From Sphyrna mokarran (Eukaryota): a DNA stretch of 64,000 nt. Every line of letters starts with the position of its first letter. Positions within the stretch are counted from its first letter, which is position 1. Below are positions 51,123-62,391 of the stretch, piece by piece. Position numbers and translations under genes: made by a program. The DNA is taken from the NCBI GenBank assembly GCA_024679065.1, contig JAGIQG010000001.1, positions 109,430,001-109,494,000 of the forward strand, read 5' to 3'. Below the pieces are notes generated by a model that did not search any database, had not been told where the DNA came from, and saw only the letters and a program-made list of their open reading frames with translations.

Positions 51123-52155
51123 GGATAGAATTTTCACAGAAAAGTCCTCGGTATCAAACGGGTGAGAAAACGGGAAGTTTTCTTGCTCCTTTCTCCAGCA
51201 AAGTATGGATCATAAGTCTATGGCGCTCTGTGCAATACAGAGGCTGTAAACAGATTCCCGGCAGTAGCAGGCTGGAGCCTCTTCAAGGCCAGAAAGCCAA
51301 CTGCTAAATGCCAGGAGCATTACTCAGCATGCGCCTTCATCTGCCAGTACACTGTGTACAAGTGTGCGCAGTATAATGGGAAATCTGTCAAAATCCCCTG
51401 AAGAATATCATCTACCGAAACTCCCCCCATGGACCCCCACTGATGGTCATTGCCCCAATCGCCACCTGCCCATACATGGACACCTCATTCGATTGACAGT
51501 CTCCCAATCCTGGCCTCCTGAACATCAGCTCCAACCCTGATTGTCAGTCCCAACCCCCGATTTCTGACCCCAACCCCTGATTGGTGATGCCTCCTGACCA
51601 GCCACGAGCCCCGATACTGAAATCCCACTTTGCTCCCTCTATGGACCTCCCCCACTGCCTCCAACATTTTGGCTCCTCTGCTGTCATTCCTGCACTGATC
51701 GGGCCCCACCCCTAAACAGTCCACACTCCCTTGGCTCTACCCAGGTTCCTGTGTTTGTAGTACCAAGCTGGCACTACCCAAGGGGCATGGCCCAGACATC
51801 TTGAGGGGATTCAATGGACTCCAGTCCCATTCGTGAGGCCTTTAGATCTGGCTCCCTTTAGTGGGGGCCAGCTGTGATCCTCTCCAGTGAGGACTTCCAT
51901 CGACAAAGTCAGATGGCTATGTGAGCCTGGACTCTTACGTCCCGGCCTCAGTAATGATATTAAAATGTTCTTATTAATATTGAAAACCAGCATTGTGCCC
52001 TACTCGGGCATGAGACTGATTTTGCCAGTCGAACATGACTGACAATATTGGGAGAGGCGAGAAATTGGGCACAAGCCCAAATTTTCACCTCTCGTTCATA
52101 TTTCCTTCCTTGTTACATTACTTAATTAGCGCAGTGGGGTGAAAAAATCCCACCC
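51123..52155. mobile_element. Non-autonomous Harbinger element
   Basis: Left end GGATAGAATTTTCAC (GGGCAGAATTTTCAC in the paralogue at ~59706), right end GTGAAAAAATCCCACCC, C-rich interior. Confidence 0.7.
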
Positions 52156-52489
52156 AATGTCTTTATTCACCTCTCTCCCTAAAGCCTGAACTCTCTAATT
52201 CAACATTGCTTCTTTTAGAGTTTCTAAAATAATGTTTGCATTTAGATGAAGTTTTATGTAAACTAACTTAAAACTTTTACTTTTACAGTATGCAATATAT
52301 AAGATTTTATATGGTTAAGTATTTAATCAAGTTGTCTTTATTATTTGTTTTTAATTAACTAGTTGATCTAAGTTTATATTATATTAAATTATTATATTAT
52401 ATTAAGTGTTTACCTGCAGACTTAATCCTACATGTCGTCTTGTGTTATGATCATGGAATGTGAAGGTTCACACCACATTTACAGATTCA

Positions 52490-52635
52490 CAGAGATAGGA
52501 GAAGGTGAAAGAGGAGACAGCATGAAAGAGAGAGTACTAAGATAGAATGAAAGAGTGAGAAAGAATGTGAGAAAGAGAGAGAAAGCCAGAGAGACGAAGA
52601 ATGAATGAACAAGAAAGAGTAATAGGAAAAGAGAT
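52490..52635 (+). repeat. GA-rich low-complexity tract
   Basis: Degenerate (GA)n/(GAAA)n. Confidence 0.8.
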
Positions 52636-52789
52636 GCTACTCCATATGCATGGCCTCAATCTTTGTGAACAGAACACTTCACTCATGGTCTCGGTCTCAG
52701 TGCCTGTTCCACTCAGTCTCATTTTCTTTGATGGAGTCGTTCACAGACTCAGTCTCTGTGATTGTTGCACTCTCAATGGGAACTCAAGA

Positions 52790-53480
52790 GGCTGGGTAAG
52801 ATTGCAGCATTGAGCGCATTGAGTGGGGTATGGAGCACTTTACAGGAGATAGAAAGGGTGTAGTAGCTGGTGGTGGTTAGAGAGATTGGGAGGGTTATTG
52901 AACCTGTAGATTTGTAGGATCTGGAGAAGTTTACTGAGATAGGAAGTGGACTTTTACAGCTCGCTCGTGTGGAAACCATGAAATCTACCCGAGGTCAATG
53001 TACCTTTCCATGGTCCATCCGTCACCTGCTCTGATTCCTGTGGTGGGTGGGATGGTAATATCTGGCCTAGATGTCTTCTCTCACTGAGAGAGCAACAACA
53101 GGATTTTCAGACGAGGCCAGAGGAGCTACAGTTCACTGAGGGTATCCTAACGTGGTTACTGAGATTGACAGAATTGTAGGTGTTGTAGGAGCTGTGGAAT
53201 ATTCCAAGGATAGAGAGTATTGTGGGCTCTGAATGAGATTACAGAAATTGTAGAGATTGGAGGATGTTACAGAGATAGGGAAGGCTGTAGCAGTTGACAG
53301 ATAAAGGTTGTAGCCTCTGAATGCTAACTGGAAGATAGTCTGCAGGTGGTAATTGAGATAAGGAGAGTAAGAGGGTTCGGAGGAACTAACAGAGTTGGTG
53401 AGGGTTGTTGGCTCTGTATGACATTACAAAGATGGGGAGAGATGAGGCAGAGATGTCTAGAAAGGAATTCCAGAACTCAG
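52790..53480 (+). repeat. Degenerate minisatellite (TTACAGAGATAGGGAGGGTTGTAG-like unit) with a ~120-bp MITE at ~52948-53068
   Basis: Recurrent TTACAGAGAT.GG...TGTAG..CTG motifs. The insert resembles 48140-48239. Confidence 0.6.
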
Positions 53481-54121
53481 AGACTTTGGAGCTAAAGGAA
53501 TGAAAGCCAATAATGGAGCAGATTGAAATCAGATATGGGAAACAGAATGGAATTAGAGGAACACAGATATCTCCGAGAGCTACAGGACAGCAAGCGAATG
53601 ACATAGTGAGGGAGAGATTAGCTCATTTCCCTGGTAATCCCAAGTCCCTGAATGAATCTGAATCAAATTCCGTGGATATTACAGGGTTTAAGGTTCACAC
53701 CATAAAAGATGGCCTTTCAGCCCACTCTGCCTATGCTAACTCTTTGAAATGAGATATCCAATTACTTTACTATTGCTTAAATTGTGTTTCAAAATATTGA
53801 AATTCCCGCTACTGGGAATAAAAACAGTAAGGTTGTATATACGTACTCCCATTCCCTTCCCAGGTTATTTCCAAGATCCTTCCGCTTCCTCCAAACTTTC
53901 CGAATAGACTGATTTTGAAAAAGGGTGCTTTAGGGAAAAGATGCTCTCTGGGAAATAATAGTGATCTTTGTATTTTTGTTCAAAATACAGACTACTTGCA
54001 GAAAATAACTATTTGAAGGGTGTGTACTTTGGGGCCTAATGTTGGTCTAGTTTTCTTGGGGGGATCAGATGACAGGTGATTTAACAAACAATGAATAAAA
54101 TTATTTTTACTTTAACATAAT

Positions 54122-54410
54122 GACACAATGGTTAGCACTGCTGTTTCACAGCGCCAAGGACACAGGTTCAATTCTGGCCTTGGGTGACTGCGTGGAGTTT
54201 ACACATTCTCTCCATGTCTACGTGGGTTTCCTCTGGGTACTCTGGTTTTCTTCCAGAGTGTGAAAGATATGCTGGTTAGGTGCATTAGTCATGCTAAATT
54301 CCTCCTCAGTGTACCCAAACAGGCACTGGAGTGTGGTGACCTGGGGATTTTCACAGTAACTTCATTGCAATGTTAATGGAAGCCTACTTGTGACACTAAT
54401 AAATAAACTT
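54122..54410 (+). mobile_element. HE1-type V-SINE (non-CR1 tail variant)
   Basis: Head and core with tail GCCTACTTGTGACACTAATAAATAAACTT. Confidence 0.9.
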
Positions 54411-54607
54411 TTAAAAGAACTTAAAAACTTAAATTATTCCGTTGTCTTTCTGTAAAAAGGAGGTAAGGGAGGGAGGGATGTAAGGAGGGGAGGAGAAAGG
54501 AGAAGACGGGAGCAGAAGGAGAAGGGGAGGATTTGGACATATTAATTGTACATTTTACATGTAACCTTCTCTCATGATCTCTGTGCCTATTTTGAAGCTT
54601 CAAAAGA

Positions 54608-54810
54608 ATAAGATGAGAGGTCACACAGCACCAGGTATAAGTCCAGCAGGTTTATTTGAAATCACAAGCTTTCAGAGCGCTGTTCCTTCATCCAGTGAAG
54701 TCCTGAGCACTCTGAAAGCTTATGATTTAAAATAAATTTGTTGGATTATAACCAGGTGTCATGTGACCTCTCATCTTGTCCACCCAGTCCAACACTGACA
54801 TCTCTCCATG
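54608..54810. mobile_element. Penelope terminal repeats in inverted arrangement
   Basis: 54610-54680 is the reverse complement of ~54706-54777. The sequence matches the terminus of the 45225-46454 element and is absent from the paralogous site at ~62030. Confidence 0.8.
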
Positions 54811-55237
54811 TCGAGGCCTCAAAAGAAATTCAGTCATTTTGAGAAGCCAAGCTAAAAGTGTGATGTACCGGCAGTGGTGGAACATAACTCCAGATTTTCA
54901 ATCTGCACTGGATTCTGCAATACCTATCAGAGAGATATCTTACAGGAGACTTGCATAAAGCATAAAGACTTGCATAACCAAGCTGCATATTTCCCACTCT
55001 AAATGGAGAACTTGTTTCAACCTATATCTTAAGTCGTTTCTAAAGACCAACACTGTTTCAAGTGACTCTTAAAATTGGGATATAAAACACTGCTTAAAAT
55101 AGGTAGCAAAATTCAAATAAACTTTAGCTGAAAATGCTTACAAATAATTCAAATCCACTTTGTTACATATCAAAGTATTTTCTAGAAGGAATTGACAATA
55201 TACCTAAACAAATTTGTAAACGAGACAAAAAATTATG

Positions 55238-55790
55238 GACAGAAAATTCCCCAAAAAATGTGTCATCATAGTGAGAAAACAGATATCTGCCATGCCAGTC
55301 TCTTTGTTGCGCTCCACACTGCAATTTCCCAATACTTAATGCAATGAAAGAGACTCCATGTAATTCATGCTGAATGGAGGCTCAAGGTGCGAGACTGGCC
55401 CAAAGTGGCTGCAGCTGTGCGCTGTTAAGAAGCAGCAGCTCCATTTAAACACTAGCGATGCACACATAGTCAGTCACACCAGGAAGATAGCATCTCATAA
55501 AGCTACTCCACAGTTTACAGAGGGGGAAACTGGAATGGCTATTTGACATGTGAGGAGAGGAGGCCATTCTCTTCCTCAGAGATTGGAGATGGGGTCCCAA
55601 AGACAGTATCCCCAAATGATGTGCTGATCCAATGCGGAGGGAACACTTAGTGGAGAAGTCTTTAATAAACTTCTAACCCAGGAGATGCTGCCAGCATTTT
55701 AAAAGGTTACCTGAACTATGGCAGAAACAAAAAACACCCTCCACCCCCACATTATGGACACCCAACCGACAAACCTATTGTAAACTTAGG
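55238..55790 (+). mobile_element. Harbinger left arm with start of the Myb/SANT-like ORF (decayed)
   Basis: TIR-like GGACAGAAAATTCCC and a remnant KATPQFTEGE...(V)EERRAILF resembling the 'R.P.F...E....L...V..R..ILF' start of Harbinger Myb/SANT proteins. Confidence 0.55.
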
Positions 55791-58150
55791 TGAAATCACG
55801 TCCTAATATGGGGGAACAAACGATGGAAAGTCTTTAACGAGATTCAGATTCTCCTCATTTGTTTTCCTCTTTCCTTGAGAAAAGAGCTCCCACCTGGCTT
55901 GTTCAGTCTTTCCTTATCATCATAATTTCTGATGTCAGAACTGAGAGATTATCTCATTTTTCATCTCATTGTTTCCATTCTTCTTAACTTATAACCCTGC
56001 ATCACAAAAAATTCTGAATGAAGTAATTCATTGACTGCAATTTGCAACGTACTGAGATGGTGATGGGTCCTATGGAAATGAAAATCCTTTGCCTTTTCTC
56101 TTCTGCGCTGCCTTAACACAGAGTCTCTGTTGTCTTAACTCTTTGGTCTTTTTTTCCTGATTTGTGTCTGTAAATTGGGGAATTCTGGAAGTTGATGACA
56201 TCACACTCTCGGATATGAAGCTATTGTTACATAGTCCTGTGCTGTCATGGTATCCATCATGTTTGTGACATCATCCTGCTTACCTGTTCCCATAGTTACC
56301 AAGTTTAAATGCTGCTAACAGAATGTTTACCACTGATCTGGTGTTCCATCTGCCAACTGTTGATACACCAAACATATACTGTCAGTGAGCACTGGACACC
56401 CCAATGTCAGCAATGATTGTCACGACGTGGATAAGTTATTGTTGGGGATACAAAAGGATAAATGGACCAATGCCTTCCATTCTCATTTCAACAACAGTGA
56501 ATGAAGCAGAAATGCCAATATTTAAGAAAATGACCAAGGAGGAAATTTGCTGCAATTGAACAACACAGAATGCTCAGTTATCACTGTGCCATCTTAACCA
56601 GCCCTAAAGAGTGGGAAGATGGAAGATCCCACCGAAGCATCTGAACTTGAAACAAAGAGACCCAAGTCGCCACAACTTGTTGACAGCTTTTAAAACTCAA
56701 CTGCCTTGGAGGATGGAGAACTTGGAACAGATCAGTGTTGCCAAGAAGAGCCTAAAACATCACCATGACTGGAAAACACTGAAGGTGTGAGGCACAACAG
56801 AATGCTGGATTGTTGACAACGGCAGCTCATCCAGTGCTGAAGTCTCCTGCTGCAATTCTGAGTCCTTCTGATGTTGAAGGCCAATTAGAAACGGATGAGA
56901 TCAGTCTGGATGGCAGTGCTGATGGGATACAAACATCCAGAGGAAGTCCAGTCCATTCACAGAAACCAGATGTAATGGAAGAAAGCAATTTGCTGATGAC
57001 TCTCTTTGAAGCAGTTTCAGTGCACAGTGATATCCCAAATAGCAATCATGAATATTTCCTCAACGACAATGAGATGGGCATCATCGATCTCAAAACCAAC
57101 TTGAACACAGACAGCTTCAATCCATCAGACCTGCATGGATGCGGGACTTGAGTAACTGTGAGAATGAGCAGAGATTTGAAATGGAGGCACTCACAATGGA
57201 GAGTGACATCACAAAGAGTACACATGGACATTTCCCCGGCCACACAGATTGGAACAGCATCAATCTCAAAACTGATTTGGACACAGACAGCAACGATTCC
57301 ATCTGGATTTCACTGAGGCCTGATACGTGTCACAGTGAGAATGAGCAGATATTCACCATCACTCCGCCAGCAAAGGGACCACTTCTGAAGAAATCAATGC
57401 AGCAATTACAATCTTGGATGGATCATCTCAGCAGAGGGAACAAGGAGAATGGAACAGACAGGTCCCTGTAGCCATCATGTGCTTCCTCAAGCGCTCTGCT
57501 GTACAGTTCAAGAACTGGAAATCAAGGATATATGCCAAACCACACAGGTGGCTGAGAAAATCACCACCAGATTAAGCAGACACTGATCCAGACAGGAGAG
57601 GCTAAAAGTCCAACAGAGGGAAGTTAACATTAAATTTTTCTTTTAATGTTTTTCCTTTATTCTTAACAGCCTATTCTGTTTGTACAATTGTCATAGTGGT
57701 TTCACTGTTAAACATACAAATATTTTGTGCTGCCAGAGAATGTAACACAAGAAGTTTTCAGTTAATTTAATATGCTGCCAGGCTGCCCACCTGGGATGGA
57801 TGTGAACTAAAAAACAGGACCCTTGGCGTGCATGGGACCTATAATAGCTGAGAGATCACCCAACAGTATGGGAACATACTGCTGGCAGCACATTACTGGT
57901 GAGATGTTAGTTCCCATGTTGGAAGTGCTCTTCGCTCCCTTGTTCTGCTTGATCCTGAAATGAGCCACTATGATTCCATCCCCTGTCCATTTCCAAGGCT
58001 CTTACATCTCCTCCTTTGCGTGGTCAGCTTCATTGCCCTCCTCAACATCCGAGGTCATGTGGCACTCCTCTGTCACCTCCAAGTCCAGATGATCTACCCT
58101 TTGCAGTGGCAAGTTGTGGAGAGCACAGCAGACTGCAATGATGTGGGGGA
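55790..58150. repeat. Sixth, separated copy (F) of the composite unit
   Basis: Colinear with ~43065-45200 plus the transposase 3' remnant (~57850-58150); ORF fragments 56810-57151 and 57139-57471. Confidence 0.93.
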
Positions 58151-58749
58151 CCCTCTGGCTGGAGGGGTTGAATTGCCTCAAGCTGCTCCTAATTCATGCG
58201 TTCATATGTTTGTATGATTTTCAGCTGCCTGGTGTCCTGTGCACTGTTTCCTCTCCCTTCTTTCTTCAGTAAGTGTCTGCCATTTACCAACTTCCAAACT
58301 GAAGGGTCTGTTTCTGAATCTCAGCAATTTTGGAAAATTATAACTCGTACATGCGGGTAATTTATCAACATCACATATAGGGAGCCAATCGAATATTTCC
58401 TCTAACAATTTTAAACTCATCTGGTGTTTTAAAAGCCTCCTCTTTCACTACAACTTTGACAGTATTTTCTTCCTTGTTAAATACTAATGCAAAACATCCA
58501 TTTAGTGCCTCAGTTTTGTCTTTCTTCATGCACAAATCTCCTTTTTGATGTGAATCAATTCCACTCTATCTTTTTCTATTCAGATGATAATTGAATAGGA
58601 TTCCCTGGAAATTTAGCTGCCAATTTCTTCTTATACCCTCTCTTTTTCATTCCTATTTCCTTTATCAATTCTCCTCTGAAATTTCTACATTCAGATTGCT
58701 TCATACCCGATTACTAAGCTGACTCTATTCCTGCTTCATCTTGCACCCT

Positions 58750-59088
58750 TCATAGAATCATAGGATCCTACAGTGCAGAAAGGACCATTCAGCCCATTGA
58801 GGCTGCACCGAACACAATTTCACCCAGACCCTCTCTCCATAACCCCATGAACTTATCCTCCTTAGTATCAGGCTAGTCCACCTGACACTAAGGGGCAACT
58901 TAGCATGGTCAATCCACCTAGCCTGCACATTTTTGGCCGTGAGACGGAACTGGAGCACCTGGAGAAAACCTCCATAGACACAGGAAGAACATGTAAACTG
59001 CACACAGATAGTGACCCAAGCCAGGAATCAAACCCAGATGTCTGGCATTTTGAGGCAGCAGTGTTAACCACTGTGCACCGTGCTGCCC
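58750..59088 (-). mobile_element. HE1-type V-SINE (CR1-like tail)
   Basis: TCATAGAATCATAGG tail with the full reverse-complemented core and head. Confidence 0.92.
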
Positions 59089-60444
59089 TTGCCCTTTTGT
59101 AATTCAGGGAGTTCAACAAGTTGTCCCACTTTTCCTTCTTGTGTAAATGAACACAAATGCTACCCAAAATCTTTAAAGAGGATTCACCGTTTCGTTACAG
59201 TTTTGCTGCCAATCCTTTGTTCCAATTCATCCAGGATAGATTTGTTCTCAACCCCACAAAACTGGCCCTGTTTCCATTAAAAATTTTCATTTTGGATTGT
59301 TTCTTCTTCTTTTACTGTTATTTTTATTGTTCCCTAAGTGAAGTGGAAAGTAACAGTAAGGAATAAAAGAGCAGTGACAGCAGCTCTTCATCAGATGGAA
59401 AAGCAGTCACCCATCACATGCTGCGAGTAACAAGTCAGAGAATGCATTTGAAGCTTCACCTTCAGCACTCGTGGAGGAAGCTGCTTCTGAAAAATTGACT
59501 TCACAGCCACCGAATGAAGAAACTCAGCTAAATGGGTCATTTGTTGTGTGTCCATCGTCTCCTGTAGGTAGAAGAAAGCCAACACAAATTTTCCCAGACT
59601 GACATTATTAAACTAACTGAATAGAAACAATCTTAAGAGCTGAAACAAAATGTTCACCACCTTCCACCAATCAGCTCCTTCCATAGTAATTGTGATACCA
59701 TAAGTGGGCAGAATTTTCACAGAAAAGTCCTCAATATCAAACGGGTGAGAAAACAGGGGAATTTCTTGCCTGTTTCTCCAGCGAGGTAAGTGTTATAAGT
59801 TTACGGTGCTCTGTGCAATACAGAAGTCGTAAATTGATTCCCACCAATTGGGAGATCACCCACTTAATCATCCCACAGAGTTCCCTAACGCCACCAACCT
59901 TTGTTGGTGCAACCAATACTTTGTAACATATTGAAGTATTTGTCAATCCACCTAACCAGCACATCATTTGGACTGTGGAAGAAAACCGGAGCACCTGAAG
60001 GAAACTCACACAGACACGAAAACAACTCCTACAGAAAATCTGCACCCAATTGCTCCCCATAATCACCAGCAACTCAATCGCTGGTCTTCTGAATGTCAGC
60101 ATCAACTCCTGATCGCTGGCCCCAATCCCTTTTCGGCAATCCCTGCAACCAAACCTTAGTCCCAATGCTGAAATTCCCCCCTTTTGCTTCTCTCCTACTG
60201 ACCTCACCCCCACCTCCTTCTGTGTGGCTCGGCCCTTGTCAGAAGTTACCACTGTCATTCTCTGCTCTCCTCAGGCCCCACTCCATTCAGGACCTGCCCC
60301 ACTGGCACTGCCTAGGGTCCCATGCTGAAAGTGCTAGAACATAGAACATAGAACAGTACAGCACAGTACAGGCTCTTTGGTCTCAATGTTCTGCCAAGCT
60401 ATGTCCAAACCCAAGATCAAGATATCCCTCTCCCTATCATACTA

Positions 60445-60675
60445 ATCTGTTTGCACTTTCTCCCTGTGTCTGTGTGGGTTTCCTTCAGGTGCTCTGGTTT
60501 CCTCCCATAGTCCAAAGATGTGCGGATTAGGTGGATTGACCATGCTAAATTGACTCTAGTGTCAGCAGCTTAATAGGTTAAATGTGTGGTTATGGGAATA
60601 GGGCTAGGTGGGATTGTGGTTGGTGTAGACTCAATGGGCCGAAGGGTCTCCTCCTAAACTGTAGTAATTCTATGA
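60445..60675 (+). mobile_element. HE1-type V-SINE lacking its head
   Basis: Core GTTTGCACTTTCTCCCTGTGTCTGTGTGGGTTTCC through the ATTCTATG tail; preceded by an inverted CR1-type tail at 60335-60440. Confidence 0.85.
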
Positions 60676-60996
60676 ATCTTCTATAACTAGATGAGATGAC
60701 AGAGTGAGGGACAGATTCGTTCATTTCCCTGGCAATACCAAGTCCCTGAATGAATTTGAATCAAATTCTCTGGATAGAACAGGGTTTAAAGCTCATAACA
60801 CAAAAGGTGACCTTTTGGTCCACCCTGCCTGTGCTGAGCTGTCTAATTACTTTCTTATTGCTTAAATTTTGTGACAAAATATTGAAACTCCTGATACTGG
60901 GCATAAAAACAGTCAGACAGTATCTACGCACTCCCGGTCCCCTCCTGGGTTATTGTCAAAGTTCTACAGTTTCCTCCAAACTTTCCAATAGGCTAA

Positions 60997-61278
60997 GTTT
61001 TAAGTTTATTGCTTAAGTCACAAGTAGGCTTACATTAACTCCACAATGAAATTATACTCAGGCGCCTGTTCAGGTACACTGAGGGAGAATTTAGCGTAGC
61101 CAATACATCTAACCAGCATGTCTTTTGAACTGTGGGAGGAAACCAGAGCACCCAGAGGAAACCCACGCAGACACAAGGAGGATGTGCAGACGCTGCATAG
61201 ACAGTGACGCAAGCCGCAAATCGAACCTGGGTCCCTGGTGCTATGAGACAGCAGTGCTAACGACTGTGCCACCATGCC
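60997..61278 (-). mobile_element. HE1-type V-SINE (non-CR1 tail variant)
   Basis: AAGTTTATT...GTCACAAGTAGGCTTACATTAAC tail with reverse-complemented core and head. Confidence 0.9.
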
Positions 61279-61334
61279 TCTCAGCCACCATCTTACCAGT
61301 AAAAACAATCCAAGTTTAACCAATCCAAGTTTAA

Positions 61335-61608
61335 CCATACCTAAAATGCTCCAGATTAGGGAACATCCTGGTGAACCTTTTTTACACCCATTACAAAACA
61401 TCCATGTCCTTCTGCTAATGTGGCAACCAGAACTGCACTCAATATTCCAAATGCGGCCTAACCAAAGTTTTATACTGCTGTATTATAACTTGCCAACTTT
61501 AATTCTCGATCAGCCGATGAAGGTACGCATGCTGTACGTCTTTTTGAACACCTTATCCACCCGTCTTGCCGCTTTCAGAGATCCATGGATCTGTACACCT
61601 AGATCCTT
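61335..61608 (-). mobile_element. CR1 RT fragment
   Basis: Reverse complement reads LVRPHLEY*VQFWLPH*QKDM, the canonical CR1 motif. Confidence 0.85.
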
Positions 61609-62391
61609 AAACAAAAGCATTTCATATTTAAATGTGGTGTTTTGATGGTTAAACAAAGCAATTGCAGAATTTTGTAAAGCTTAATGGAAAACATTTATGA
61701 ACAAAAATAATGTTATAAAATGTTGTGACCAGGTTAACATTTAACTGAACAATTATATTTAGCAACTGCAGTGTGACATTTTGTTTAATGACCTCACCTT
61801 TTACAAATTTCTTGCAATATTTGTTTTTTTTTCACTTTAACATAACAATCAATTAAATATCTTTTCATTATAACACAACAATTCTGCTGTCTCTTTCTGT
61901 AAACAAGAAGGGAAGGGAGGGAGAGATGTTGGGAGGGGAGGAGAATGGGGAATGGGATAATTTGACATATTAATTACATGTAGCCTGACTTTTCTCTAGT
62001 AGTCTCTGTGTCTACATTGAAACCTCAAAAGATCTTCAGCAATTTTAAGAAGCCAAGCTAACAGTGTGATACACCAGTGGTGCTGGAATATGACTCCAAA
62101 TTTTCAATCTGCACTCAATTCTGCTATACCTAATAGAGAGATAGCTCACATTAGCTTCCAGGAGACTTGCATAAAACATTAGAAATAACCAAACTGCATA
62201 TTTCCCACTGTAGATGTAAGAATTATTTCAACCTATATCCTAAGAGGTTTCTAAGAATTAACACTGCATCAGGAGAATCTTAAAATTGGGATACACAACT
62301 CTGCTTAAAATAGGTAGCAAAATCCAAATGAACTTTAGCTGAAAATTATTGCAGACAATTCAAATTCACTTTGTTACATATTGAAGTATTT

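Larger units (their letters stand above)
50285..55180 (+). repeat. Segmental duplication block, copy 1 (paralogue 58190-62392)
   Basis: Colinear matches 50290/58195, 50610/59210, 50780/59355, 51120/59700, 53600/60700, 54530/61960 and 54840-55180/62045-62392. Confidence 0.9.

Noticed and set aside
59737-60258. 173-aa minus-strand ORF
   Set aside because: It crosses a Harbinger end, a templated SINE fragment and C-rich filler, so it is a chance composite.
61307-61337. 15-bp direct repeat AATCCAAGTTTAACC x2
   Set aside because: Ordinary slippage duplication at a TE junction.
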